A DNA stretch of 64,000 nucleotides from Dicyema japonicum (Eukaryota > Animalia > Dicyemida): contig RDEW01000099.1 of NCBI GenBank assembly GCA_011109175.1, positions 26,960 to 90,959 on the forward strand, given 5' to 3'. The position numbers were made by a program, and so were the translations under genes. Under the pieces are notes generated by a model that searched no databases, was not told where the DNA came from, and was given only the letters and a program-made list of their open reading frames with translations. Numbering within the stretch: the first letter of the stretch is position 1; each line of letters starts with the position of its first letter. This document shows, piece after piece, positions 22,770-34,391 of this stretch.

Positions 22770-23253
22770 ATGATACCTGGTGATTCGTTAGAGTATCAAA
22801 AGAATAATTATAAAAGTAATTAAGTAATTTTAATTAATAGAAGTTCAACAGGATAACAAGGTAACAAAAATAATGAAATTAGAAGCCTCAAAATGTCCTA
22901 AAACCTACGATTCCAAAAGAATTCAAGTTTTCGGCTAGCAGGACAAAAAAATGTGAAATTAAGAGCACCCAGCAGTTGGAAGAGGATGAGCTAAGGTATT
23001 GATTAAAGAAACGCTAAGGAAAACATTCAAAGCGAATCCTCTCAATAGAAAGATCCTTACTACTCGATATATACCCCCCAAACCTGAATACAAACCCACT
23101 AAGCCAGTTGTTTCTGCACTAAAGGACAATACCAATCAAAAAGTATTTAAGGCTCGGCCTGTTCCTAAATCTTTATATAAGGCTCAAGAACTTCCAAACA
23201 TAACTCATCCGAAATCTAATCCTCCCAAATCCCCAAACGTTGTGAAAAAATAG
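22770..23253 (+). CDS. TPX2: Miniature TPX2-like microtubule-associated protein (137 aa)
   Basis: Exons 22770-22815, 22841-22860, 22883-22995 and 23019-23253; introns 25, 22 and 23 nt; 414 nt in frame. Protein contains KPTIPKEFKF...KSTQQLEEDELRKTFKANPLNRKIL...VFKARPVP, versus remembered TPX2 KSTAELEAEELEK..YKFKARELDPRIL and its FKARP repeats. Confidence 0.8.
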
Positions 23254-24839
23254 ATCTAAAAATTACATTTTGTTTTCCATTATTTTTCTGTTATTTTGAA
23301 TGTTTATTTGAATCATTTTGTTGTGGTATGTTTTGGGGATTTTTCCTGGCCAGGAACCGGATCGTTTATAAAAGACTTACACTAAACAAAAAGAAACAAA
23401 ATATGTTTGAGACCATTATCTGGTTCTCCCTTTTCTATTAGTTATCATAACATTTTTTAATAAAATTGAATAATTTATTACGTAATCCAGCTGAGGTAAT
23501 TGATTGCACAATATTGTCAAAATTAAACTTTAAAATGTTTTTATAATGTCGAGTAACTGAGACCTTTTGACAGACCGTTCCTGAAAAACGAAAGTCCACT
23601 TCGTATTAATTAAGTAATGAATTTTTGCATATTTTTTTATTAATAAAATTACTTAATTAAATTAATTTATTATTAAATACATTTTTGTCTGCATCAATCT
23701 TTGTGGGTTTTTGAAATTTTGTAGTTATTTTCTTTGTATTAATTATAGTCACAAAACTACCAGTATTAATAATATTAGGTTAAATGCTCGGTTGGTTCGT
23801 CAGTGAGCTCCACCTCAAGCTTCACACTAATCAAAAGGCTCTGAGGTACAGAAATGTGATAGACTATGAAAAAACCATATTTTACTTGAAAACCCGAATC
23901 GCTCATGTTATGGATTGTCTTCTCGTTTTTTTTGGTTAGAAATATTGCGGACGTTATTTTCGTTTAGCTGCATTCTACTACTAAATTATAATTTTCATAA
24001 TTTTGTGGCTTTTGCTTCCGAGTACTAATACACTTGCATTTGGGACCCATCGAACTTGGCAAGGTGATAGCAAGAGGCTGAATGGAATAACGACAATTGC
24101 ATAAAGGAAGTTCTTTTAAAAAGCGAATCTACTCAAGTCATCACTTTAGAGGTTTCTCAGCGAGTATTACTGAAGATTCGAAAAGGAGGAAATACTGTGG
24201 TATAGGGGATCAGTTCACCTTCAGTCGATTTCCGTTGAGACATCTGGCAATCAAAGATATCAATTTGATCAGGCGGTAGGACTTTAGAAGGGCAAACCCA
24301 GAATGACAAGACGGCTCTTCAAGACTAATTATTCGAATTTCCATCCGATGAATAATTGCAGTGTTTCATTAAGTATAATTTTTAAAAGAAGACATTACTA
24401 TAGCATCTGAGACCCTGTCGCTTACAATTGAAATCAGAGATACGTAAGGATCGTTAATCAATTTGAAAGTGAGATAAAAGTTTATGAAAATGTCACTCAT
24501 ATTTTCATCAGGAAAGCTGATTTAATTTATAATGCAGCGATTCGAGATATCTTCCAATATATGTCAAAATTGACCAAATCGTCAAATACCTTAAAGACGA
24601 GTCTTTGAATTCTGACTCAAGTCTTATGGTTAAAATCAATTGAGCAAATCGAAAGTGATACGAGTTTGAAAATGGGGGCTGTATTGCTAATCTTTTGCAA
24701 TAAATGGGAAATCAATGAAGAAATATGAATACAATCGACCTCCGAAAATTGGCCACATTTTGAAATTTTTTCTATTTAAAAGTCATGTTCTCTTTATTAT
24801 TGGCTAATTTTTAATTTAAGGCTACTTTGGTCAACGCTT

Positions 24840-25100
24840 TTTGCCCATTCACAATTGTCGGAAGCGCGGTAGACACACTATAATCCGCGGAAAAAAACAA
24901 TGAGGACAAAAGAGAAAAATTACTAAACGCTACTCGATCGATTCACGTTCTACCCCATCGTTGTTCAGACAACATGGACAACAAGGAGGTAATCTCTTCG
25001 TTTTCTAAATAAACTTTGACGCCTAACTACACTAAAAAGCCATGTCTCACGTAAGAATCGGCAGTTTTTAGAGTTGTTCAACGTCGATTATGTCGACGGA
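24840..25100 (+). mobile_element. CRE-like RLE C-terminal fragment, homologous in inverted orientation to 51400-51630
   Basis: The reverse complement shares ggctttttagtgtag, gtcctcattgttttt and tgtgtctac blocks with 51428-51600. Confidence 0.6.
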
Positions 25101-25439
25101 GATCATTTCTGATTGATTTTTTGTTTTAATAAATAATTGATTATCCAAAAAAATTTTTTAATACAAAATTGAAAAAATAAATTTTTATTAACACATCTCT
25201 TGCAATATACTTGTAGATGCTATAACTCGCATTACTTTATTATATATAACTCAAAGTGTAAATTATATAGAAAATGATGCTATTCGTGCTATCAGTTAGC
25301 TGATTGATTCTCACTTTTTCGAAAGAGGATATCGAAAAAAATAATAAATAATTTTTTAATGAATAAAGACAGCTTTTTGAAAGATTATAAAACCGTTTTT
25401 TAAAGCTGCACATATCCCAATGATACCAAAGTTTAATTT

Positions 25440-25535
25440 TGATATTCACCTCAAGAGTGAAAAACTAATTTTGATTGACAACTGCCCTGCACATTGTGTG
25501 CCGCAAAACTTGGTATAAAAAATATTGTTTTTCTA
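25440..25535 (+). mobile_element. Tigger DDE fragment
   Basis: LILIDNCPAHCVP followed by ILFF. Confidence 0.5.
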
Positions 25536-26573
25536 AAAATAAACAATAAGATCGAGAAGACGTAAGATATTGTACATACTTTTAGAATTAATATTGCTCA
25601 CTCTTAGTGAGTATTCTAAAGTAAATTTAGCTAATATAGAAATGTTGAGGTTGTTTTGACACAACGTATTTCTTGTCAAACCAACAAACTTTGGGATTTA
25701 TTATCAAATATCAATGATCTTATTAACTTCTAAAATCTTTCTGAAAGTAATTAGTACACTTAGACTTCATTATATGATAATTATGACACACTGGAGGATA
25801 CATTTGTATCACTGACCTCTGAGAGCATTAAAAATCTTGCGAATCGTTATGAATGAAAGAATGATGAAATTAAGGGTTTAGCCATTTTAATGTTTTTAGG
25901 TCGTATTTCAACCATAAATCCATAGGCCATCAATATCATGCCATGTGGAAGACTTTATTGATGTCTACAATCGATCAGATAGATTCCGTTTATTTCCAAC
26001 GAAATAATACGGATTAATTAATTAACAAACAACGTTTCAATCACAGGTGGGACAAACAAAAAATCCTCGGATAGTATCAAAATATTGATACTACTTAGTT
26101 TTTATTTTGATGTTTTTGTTTGAATTAACTATTTATGATAAATCCTCGATATTCATGCAATCTTCATAACAATTAGACCCACAAAGGAGGAAGACCACTG
26201 AAAGTCATGCTCCACGGATTGTGAAGATTTCCAGGATATAATTTTGACAATATTGTACAAACAAATACCTCAGCTGGATAACGTAAATAAATTTTCAATT
26301 TATTAAAAAAAATGTTATGATAACTAATCTTAAAGGGAGAACAACTTATTCTTTGTGTATATGTCCTTTATAGACGATCCCAACAATCTGGTTCTTAAAA
26401 CAAATGGTAGAAGCCTCCAATGTTATTAGAAGGATCATCAGTTGCCTTCCTTTACCACTAAGTTACTTTGGCCAGGAAAAATTCCCAAAAATACCACAAC
26501 AGATTAATTCGGATAAACATTCAAAAATTAAAATTTAAAAATAATAAATAAAATATAATTATTAGATCCGCTT

Positions 26574-26906
26574 TTAGCGAATTTTGACGTTTCGAGGATA
26601 TATAACTGGCAGTTCGTGAGGGTTATATAAAGATCAGGGAACAGATTCCAGTGTCCTTCACTGCCAGATTTCTATTCGTATTGAAAGACTTAGTGGGCTT
26701 GTACTTAGGTTTGGGGGGGGTATATATCGAGTAGCAAGGATCTTTTTATTAAAAGGATTCGCCTTGAATTTTTCCCTTAGTGTTTCTTTAATCGATACTT
26801 TAGCTCATCCTCTTCCAACTATTGGGTATTTTTGATTTCATATCTTTCCTGCTAACTGAAAACTTAAACTTTTGAGGAATCGTTGGCTTCAGTCTACGTG
26901 TTTGAA
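26574..26906 (-). pseudogene. TPX2: Inverted pseudogene copy of the mini-TPX2 gene
   Basis: LKPTIPQKFKFSVSR...LEEDEL|gtatcgattaaagaaacactaag|EKFKANPFNKKILATRYIPP. It keeps the same 23-nt intron, but has a frameshift after SR, an in-frame TAG (CAA TAG versus CAG CAG), a C8 versus C6 run, and a TGA in the last exon. Confidence 0.88.
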
Positions 26907-27349
26907 CTAAGGTTTATATAAATGATACTGAATACTCTTTGAGATACTGAGTGAGGTCATCTTCACTGATAGAAACCTTTGTTAGTCTAACTGTGATCAT
27001 TTAAATACACATAATAATACATTTCAAGACAGTTTACAGGTTAAATCGTTGTTAGAAATAACTTGATTGACAGAACATCAAGATTCCAAACCTTTTTTAT
27101 AAAAACTTTAGCTCTCATGATACCTGGAATGATACAATTTATCCACATCCTGTCACAGGGAGACGAAAATAGCAGAAAACGGATCATTGCAAGTTTAAAT
27201 TTTGAATTAATTGGCATAAAAGTTAAATTTCGACCAAATTTGACAGTAGGGGGGTCAATGATATATCTCAGTTGCCTCAGGGTGCACTGCCACTAGTGAA
27301 AATGGTAGTAAAGAAAAACTCAGTCTAATTAATGTTATTTTAAATTTAA

Positions 27350-27930
27350 GGGGATCAAAGTTACTTTAAGGTGAAGTCTGCTTCTAATTTTTTTTCACTT
27401 TGAAATGCGTCAACAACAAAATGACAGAGACGTAATCACAATTCTTATAATCATAGTTTTCTTATGACAAAGGAAACTGTATGACATTTCAGCCTTCTTA
27501 TTCCTGTCCAACATACAATCATGAGCTAATCATAATGCAACAAACTAACCTGTACCAATAAAACCCGAAATTGTGTCATTTCTGAGAAACTGCAATCTAG
27601 ATCCAACATTTCTAACGTAATGTTGATTTCTTCAACTCTTTAAGGTATTATATCTGTAGTATTCAACAGATTTTGCCAAATTTCAACTCCGTAGTTGATT
27701 TGATTTTTGGATTCAAAATAATTCGCACATTTACTGCTATAATAGGCTGCAATAGAAAAATCAGTTATTTTAATCGACTTATCCACGTTGTGGAAAATAA
27801 AACTAAAATCATAAATATTTCCGGTCATAGTCGTTTTATACCAATGAGACTCATCATAAATGTCGAAACTTGGATTGGTGAATGTAAACTCAGGCTTTTA
27901 TAAGCTATAATATTATTTTGAATAATGATT
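27350..27930 (-). pseudogene. Decayed lineage-specific gene, possibly a LAMP-like type I membrane protein
   Basis: Long open stretch KPEFTFTNPSFDIY...LDLDCSFSE, then a putative intron, AHDCMLDRNKK and a hydrophobic tail, all interrupted by stops. The family call is weak. Confidence 0.25.
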
Positions 27931-28009
27931 CTTATTGTACCTATCCACATTAGAATTCCACTTTTTATCAGATTGGGTTAATTCACTATATTGGCTCGAG
28001 ATTTGAAGC

Positions 28010-29200
28010 GATGTCGCTATTCGTTTTGTTTCTGCATTGGACGGAGACAATCTTGTGCGAATGGAAGAAAATTTCCTCCGAAATGTTTCAAACACCACCT
28101 CTATGGGCGTCCACTTCTTATAATGAGAAGAGGAGATGTCTACGATGTGCGAGGGAGCATGAACTAACTGAATGTAGCGAGATATCTGGGACCAGAATGA
28201 ATTGCATCAATTGTGGCTCGACCGCACATTGTACAAGATGCGGTGGATGTTCAGTCGCTAAAAAGCTGAACAAACTCAGTTGAGGAGATCCATGAAAAAC
28301 GATAAACATGAGATATTGGAAAGGCATGGACAGCAAAGACAGTTACAGTTAAGCTGGTTTCCAAAATAACTTGAAGGTCTGATGATAAATTTATACTGAA
28401 ATTTTGGAGATAATCTCAAGAGCTCGATTGCGTAAGTGGATTTAACAAAAATGGTGACCTAGGGTCTGAAGAAGCAAGGTTTCCCAAATGCTTGAGAATA
28501 GTGATAGTGAAAGTCCGCTACTTAAGAAAGAGGTATAATGAACTATTTTTGTAGCGGCCTCTAACGTCGATATTTTGGTGATCAACGAAACAAAGTTAAG
28601 GAAGGAGGAAAGTAAACTACTGAGTTGATACAAGTCTGTTGATATTCTATGGAAAGATGGAGTAGTTGGTGGTACGGGGATGTCTATTTTCTATCGGTAT
28701 TTCCCAATCTAGTATCGTTTTAATATATTTTGTGAATTCGGATGCGTCGATGTCTGTTGTGGGGATGCGGATTCTAAAAAGCTAGAGACATGTTAAATAG
28801 AGATTTCTAAGTTCGACAACAAAAATTGATGTTACCAGTTATGAAAGTAATAAACGAACCGGGGTGGAGTGCGTCATAGTTCCTGTCTGAAACTGTTGAA
28901 TTTAAAGTTCTAACATTTGAAGAACCGAATCATTTTTGTTATGACAGGGGCAAAAAACTTTGATTTGTTCTTGTCCCGTCTCCACTTTTCGGTTATAGTA
29001 CATTAGAGCATAAAGGATATTTAAAGTTACCGTATCCCTCGGGAACTTTGTATAAGTTTGAAACTACGGATATTGTTAAAAATGTTTTCTTTCAGATGTG
29101 TATAGATTGGAACTATTTTTGACTCTTCCTGATTCCAGACGATGTATCTACGTGTATATATTAAAAGGATATTTTCAAAGAAGATTAATGAAAATTTCGC
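28010..29200 (+). mobile_element. LINE (jockey/I-like): ORF1 zinc knuckles followed by APE endonuclease remnant
   Basis: RCLRCAREHELTEC and NCINCGSTAHCTRCGGC knuckles; then SNVDILVINETKL...GVVGG (APE N-terminus). Confidence 0.75.
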
Positions 29201-29499
29201 GACAAACAGTTATTAATTTGATTCGTGAGAGGAACTGAATAACGAGAAGTAGAGATGTAGTATAGACAGAATAGGGAAGATATCTCCGGAAGGATTCTCT
29301 AGTCATAACGGGTATTAATAAAATAAGGAAAGATATTTAGGAAAAGAAATTAAAGAAAGAAACCTACAAACATGTTTAGCTTATTCAACTCATAAGGGAG
29401 AAATCTATATTGAAAAAGGTCCCCGAACTAGGGAAACCGAAAAAAAACTTACTGAGCAATAGGCTTGTGTATTCTAAGCATTGAGGAGTACTTCAATAC

Positions 29500-30205
29500 T
29501 TTCTAAAACAAAGCTGAGTGAAATACCAGCAAAGCCTTAAGTAGATAGCCAGTATTGTGTACACGTGGGGTCACGTAGAACAGACAAGCGTTAATCCATA
29601 TGCCATAAAGTTATAAAAAGTGATATCCGAAGAAAATCAGTCTAGTAATGACCCCTTCTGCATATCACAGAAACCAAGCTCTTACAAACTTCAGAATTAC
29701 TAAGCTATGAGAAAGTACTAAAATCGTTGACTCGTTAGCTATTATTGTGCACACGTGGCATCATGTCGAGTCGAGCTATGGACCATCAACCATTACCCTA
29801 CAAAATATTATGAGGGGAAGGCTAGTCTAGTCATACCTCTAATTCACATCTCCCAAAAGAATCAATCTTTGAGAAATTCCAGAAAATTGTTATGCCGACT
29901 GCCAGTATAGGGCACATGAAGTGTCACGTGGTCAAGTTGAGCTTTGGGTAATCAGCCATTACTACAAACTATTAGTGGAAGAGGCCAGTCTAGTCATGAC
30001 CCTTTCTTCATATCTCCCAAAACCAAACTCTGAGATAGTCAAAAACAAAGCTCTAGAATTTCGAAAAAAAAGTTATGCCGTTTGCCAGTATGGGGGCACA
30101 CTTTGTGTCACGTGGTAGAGTCGAGCTTTGGGTCATCACCCATTACCTTACAAACTATTAAGCAGGGACGCTAATCCAGTCATTCATCTTTTTCACATCT
30201 CCACG
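29500..30205. repeat. Satellite array 2 (same family as 18245-18860, about 4 units of 164-187 bp)
   Basis: Recurrent gtgtcacgtggt, gtcgagctttggg, cattacct(t/ac)acaaactatta and cagtctagtcat blocks. Confidence 0.88.
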
Positions 30206-30589
30206 ATTTAGATATAAACAAGTTGAACGAAGAAATATACTATTTCTGTCATAAAAAGGAATAAAATAGCCATCTGGAAGAAGAGAACAAAGGATTTTCT
30301 CTAGGACCTTCAGAATGACTAATCGTGAATAATTAGAGAATGATTTCTCATGTGAATGATGAAATAATCTACAAAGTTATAATTGTTCTAGAATATTCTA
30401 GAAGTCAAAGTTGAATCTGCCAGGACCTTTTTTGCCTGTTTGTCGAAGAGTCAGAATCATGTATTTAGGAGTCCATTTTGAACTTCCGTTTGATTCGATT
30501 TAGCAAATTAGCGAACTAAAGGAGTTGATTAATAAGAATAAGATCATTTCTGACGCTGTTGAAATTTTTAAACAAGTCAGATCTGGGAT

Positions 30590-30700
30590 TTTGTGATCTC
30601 ATTTAACGACAGTATTCCTGATGATACTATCAAATTTGAACTGGTCTACAACAATGAGATCTCTTTTTTAGATATCCAAATTTTGGAGAGATTGATGTAT
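30590..30700 (+). mobile_element. Penelope-like RT trace
   Basis: NDSIPDDTIKFELVYNNEISFLDIQI resembles the LNS..IKFTxExE...LPFLD motif. Confidence 0.45.
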
Positions 30701-31019
30701 AAGTGATTTTTGTGTGTAGAAACTGCTGGAGGACCGGCTTGAGGATGCCTGGAATATCCTTGATGGCCTTCTACACAAATATAAATATCTGAAAATCTGA
30801 AATTAATACGTGAGCGTCATAACTCGATCATTCGTGCCATTAATGAATCTTCTAGGGTTGATGCGATTTATATTTGAGAAATGGGAAGATGAGTTAAAAC
30901 AGAAGTTATCTGATCAACAAAGTTAATTAATAAGTTTAATTATTCGTATTAATAAAATAGTTTTTTGCTTTCTAATTTAAATTAAAAAAATAGTTTTTTT
31001 CTAATAAATATATAGCGGC

Positions 31020-31145
31020 TGCCCTGACTCGTAGCTCTTCTCAGGATGGCGAGCAAGATTCGCTCAAATAGCCAGGATCTCCTGTTTGTGTAGGGATCCG
31101 ATTCCCTTGACGATTCAAGAATTCCAGCGTCGCAGGTGGTAAAGT
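31020..31145 (-). mobile_element. CRE-like 3' terminus
   Basis: PATLEFLNRQGNRI...LFERILLAILRR. It shares gacgattcaagaattcca(g/t)cgtcgcagg with 7250-7285. Confidence 0.65.
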
Positions 31146-31504
31146 CTTAACTTTTTATTAAGGAAAGAAAAGGGAGTAAACGGTTTTAGAAATCAAAAAG
31201 AATTTTAAATCGATTTAATAAACTAAGTTATTGTCGTATAGTATGAGATTAATTAGATTTTAATATTTCAATTTTAAATTAGACCCGATTTTTTGGATTA
31301 CCCACCTGTCTTGACCATCTCTTCGGAATTAAACTTTAACATTTGGCGCGTGACCTGACCACGTGACCAAATTTTCGTAGTGTAGACACGTATTAAAAAA
31401 ATAAATAAGTAATTAACAGTATAATTAAATAGTAAAATTAAAGCTTATATTTGTTCTTTTAACTGTATTTCTAACTTAGTTGGAGATATCTAATTTTGGA
31501 AAAA

Positions 31505-31830
31505 ATTAGCCGCGTGGCGCCATGTGGTGCTGCGTTGTTAATTGATTGAAGTTTCTGCTTGCTTGTCTGTTCATCCTCTCTCTTCCTATTAGAGTGGCGT
31601 CATGTGATCCACCTGTCTAGGTTACGCCCAGTGCCAGGCCGGCACGAAAAAGGATCATTTGCTCTTCCCCACTCCACTGGAGGGTTTCCACAACTGCATG
31701 TAATGGACGTCTTACCTTTTATGCTGATTCCGGGTGGACTCTGTTTCTGTAGAAGTGGAAACTGGATACACTTAATTAGTTGTTTAACTTCTTTCTCGGT
31801 GTATCCGGGGTTAATAAATTAAATTAATTA
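31505..31830 (+). repeat. About 320-bp short interspersed element candidate (GC-rich head plus LINE-like tail)
   Basis: The head ccgcgtggcgccatgtggtgc and the body resemble 53790-54116 (minus). The tail ttccgggtggactc...gaagtggaaactggataca...ttctttctcggtgtatcc is shared with 45245-45345. Confidence 0.45.
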
Positions 31831-31924
31831 ATATCTAATTTTAGTTAGAAATAAGGCATTTGTACGGACAACGTGATGAAAACTAAGGTCCTTGATATTA
31901 CAGTAAAGCGAAGTCAATATCCGG

Positions 31925-32460
31925 TATTGTCTTCACGTGGTGTCACCTGGACCAGACAACCGTCAAGCCATACGCAATCACCTTCTAAAAGTGTTATCCG
32001 GATAGTCCAGTAGAGCCATGAACCATACTTCACTATTTGTCGATTCTATGGTCCGGGAGAGTCAAGTAAAGTGCAAGTCAATAGCCATTATTTTTCTACA
32101 CGTAGTGTCATCTAAACCAGACAACCGTCGAGCCATAAGCAATCACCTTCTAAAAGTGTTTTCCAGTGAATTTTATTTAAGCATTGAGCCAAACGTTGCT
32201 ACTTCCAGAAACTAAGATTCTGGAGAGTTTTGTTAAGCGTTGAGTTAATAGCGATTATTGTCACCTGGACAGAAATGCGTTGAGCATATGCAATTACCTT
32301 TCTAAAATGTTATCCAAGGAAGTCAATTCAAGCCTAGTGCCATACTTCTCCACTCCACAAATTTATGATCCGGAAGATTAGATTAAAGCGTTGAGTCAAT
32401 AGCCAGTAATTTCCACACGTAATGTCACCTGGACCTGACAAGTGTTGAAAACATAAGCAA
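31925..32460. repeat. Satellite array 3 (diverged subfamily, units 165/153/164 bp)
   Basis: gtcacctggac/gtcatctaaac at 31942, 32107, 32260 and 32424. It shares cacgtggtgtcac and aatcacctt/attacctt blocks with arrays 1 and 2. Confidence 0.82.
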
Positions 32461-32649
32461 TTTCCTTGGAAAATTAAAATTGTAATAATTTCTCGCATAT
32501 TTTGATCTAATCCGATTATGGTCAGCCTGAGGTATAAAAATTTTTTTTAAGTTAATACAATTAATTCTTAACCCATCTGGTTATAAAAATTGATTACTTA
32601 TCCGACATCTTCAAAAAATGGGGACGTGAGGTTACTTCCATATTGAGGA

Positions 32650-33290
32650 GATGAAGATATTGGGTAAACTAGAACCGAGCTACGTCATGAGTTTATATAT
32701 CCGACCAATTAACCACCAACTGAATAAGCGCTTGTTTTCAGTCTAAAAATGGTAGTTTATTAAAGTCCTTACAGTTATTGTAAGCTATTTTTTCAAACAT
32801 GCATGCACAAAGCACATCTTTGATATCACAATTTGCTCTTTCTACTGATCCCTGACTTTGGGGGTAAAGAGGTCTTCCAAATATTAAAATAAAAATCGTA
32901 AAAAATACCATGATCAATGGTAATTCAATTCCACAATTCAGAAAGTGTAGTTATTATTTCAGCTGTAAACTCCATACCATTATCACTTTGCAATATTTGC
33001 TGTAATCCGAACATTACAAAATATTGAGAAGTTGAGAAGCAACTTTTGTTTTAAAGCGAATGATACAAAAATTATTCATATGATCTTTATAGGCTAAATC
33101 CAATTGGCCGTATGATAAAGATCTCATGTCTATCAGATCAATCTGCGCACAGGATTAAAATTCTTTTGATAAAATTGGACGAACAACACTAGAATTTGAT
33201 TTTCATCTGATTCGCTTTTTCTTCTTACAGTGAATGCAAAATAACTTGTATAAATCACTTAACGTTAATATGTGATTGTTCGAGGTTTCA
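32650..33290 (-). mobile_element. Ginger/SCAND3(KRAB-A2)-type DDE integrase, degraded
   Basis: CIHCKKK...VVRPILSKEF...AQIDLIDM...QILQSDNGMEF...RPLYPQSQGSVERANCDIKD. Confidence 0.85.
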
Positions 33291-33589
33291 TTAATCGCAC
33301 TAAAGTATCTGCCACTCATCTTCAGAGATAACCTGTGTTTACGGATTTTTAGGAGACAATCTGGGTAGAAGTCGGTTGACATGCCCTACAATTTAATATT
33401 AGTTCCCTATCACTTATTCTACAGTGCTTTTTCTCTATAATAACTTACTTATATGAGTTTGTGTCGTGCTAATTAGCCTATATTTGTGATACAGAAATTA
33501 TCTAAATATATTCATGCAAATTGTGTAATTAACTTATCAAATGTCACTCAATTCCTGAATTTTTTAATAAGAAAACAATTCCTGAATTA

Positions 33590-34391
33590 AAGATTTGATA
33601 AAACCATGTGCATTGGAAATGCTCTCAATAATACTTGGAACAGAGGAAAGACAAAAAATTGAATCAGTTCCGCTATCCAATAATCTAATTCACAGAAAAA
33701 TATGTGAGTTAAGTCATGACATTTTGTCGCAAATTATTGCAGAGATCAAGTCAATTCATTTCCGTATATCTTTTCAGTTGGACAAATTAACTGATGTCTC
33801 TAATTGTAGTCAACTTATTGTACTAGTGAGGTATTTCCATGAAGGTAGTTAAAAAAAGATTTGTTGTTTTGTAAAGAATTAAAAAAGACCAAGAAAGGAA
33901 CAGATTTATTTAACATTGTTTAAGAGTTTTTTTTATGAAGAATGATTTGGATATCAAGACTATAGGCTCTGATTAGACGGTCAGCAATGCTTGGAAATAA
34001 GTTCTGTTTTGCTGGGTTATTGAAGAATGAAATCTCAAATATACGGATTACACACTGTTTTCTTTTATCGTTATGTAATAGCTGTTAAAACTATCACAAT
34101 TAAAAATAAATATAGAAATCGCTCGAATCCAGAACATGACATTCGTATTGCGATTAGCAACAAAATCCCATATTCGACAAAATCATTAAAAATCAATTAA
34201 TTGTTTACTTTTGTTTATAATAATTTACTTATTTACTTTTGTTCTCCTTAGTTTAGTTAATTTAAAGATATTGCATTAGAATGTTAATTTTTTTATTTTT
34301 TATAGATTAGCAAACTTATGGGAAATAAAAATAATAATATAAATTGAAAACGTTCTCGGGGTACGAGCTCTATGAAGGTTGGGAATCCCTG
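33590..34391 (+). mobile_element. hAT-Buster (Charlie/ZBED5-like) transposase fragment with right terminal inverted repeat
   Basis: LIKPCALEM...KIESVPLSNN...FQLDKLTDVSNCSQLIVLVRYF. TIR aaggttgggaatccctg at 34375-34391 is followed by atcTAatg, the nnnTAnnn 8-bp target pattern typical of Buster elements. Confidence 0.88.

Noticed and set aside
14100-26906. TPX2 and XMAP215 sequences close together as a spindle gene cluster
   Set aside because: The XMAP215 copies are dead, dispersed repeat units, so proximity to TPX2 is expected by chance.
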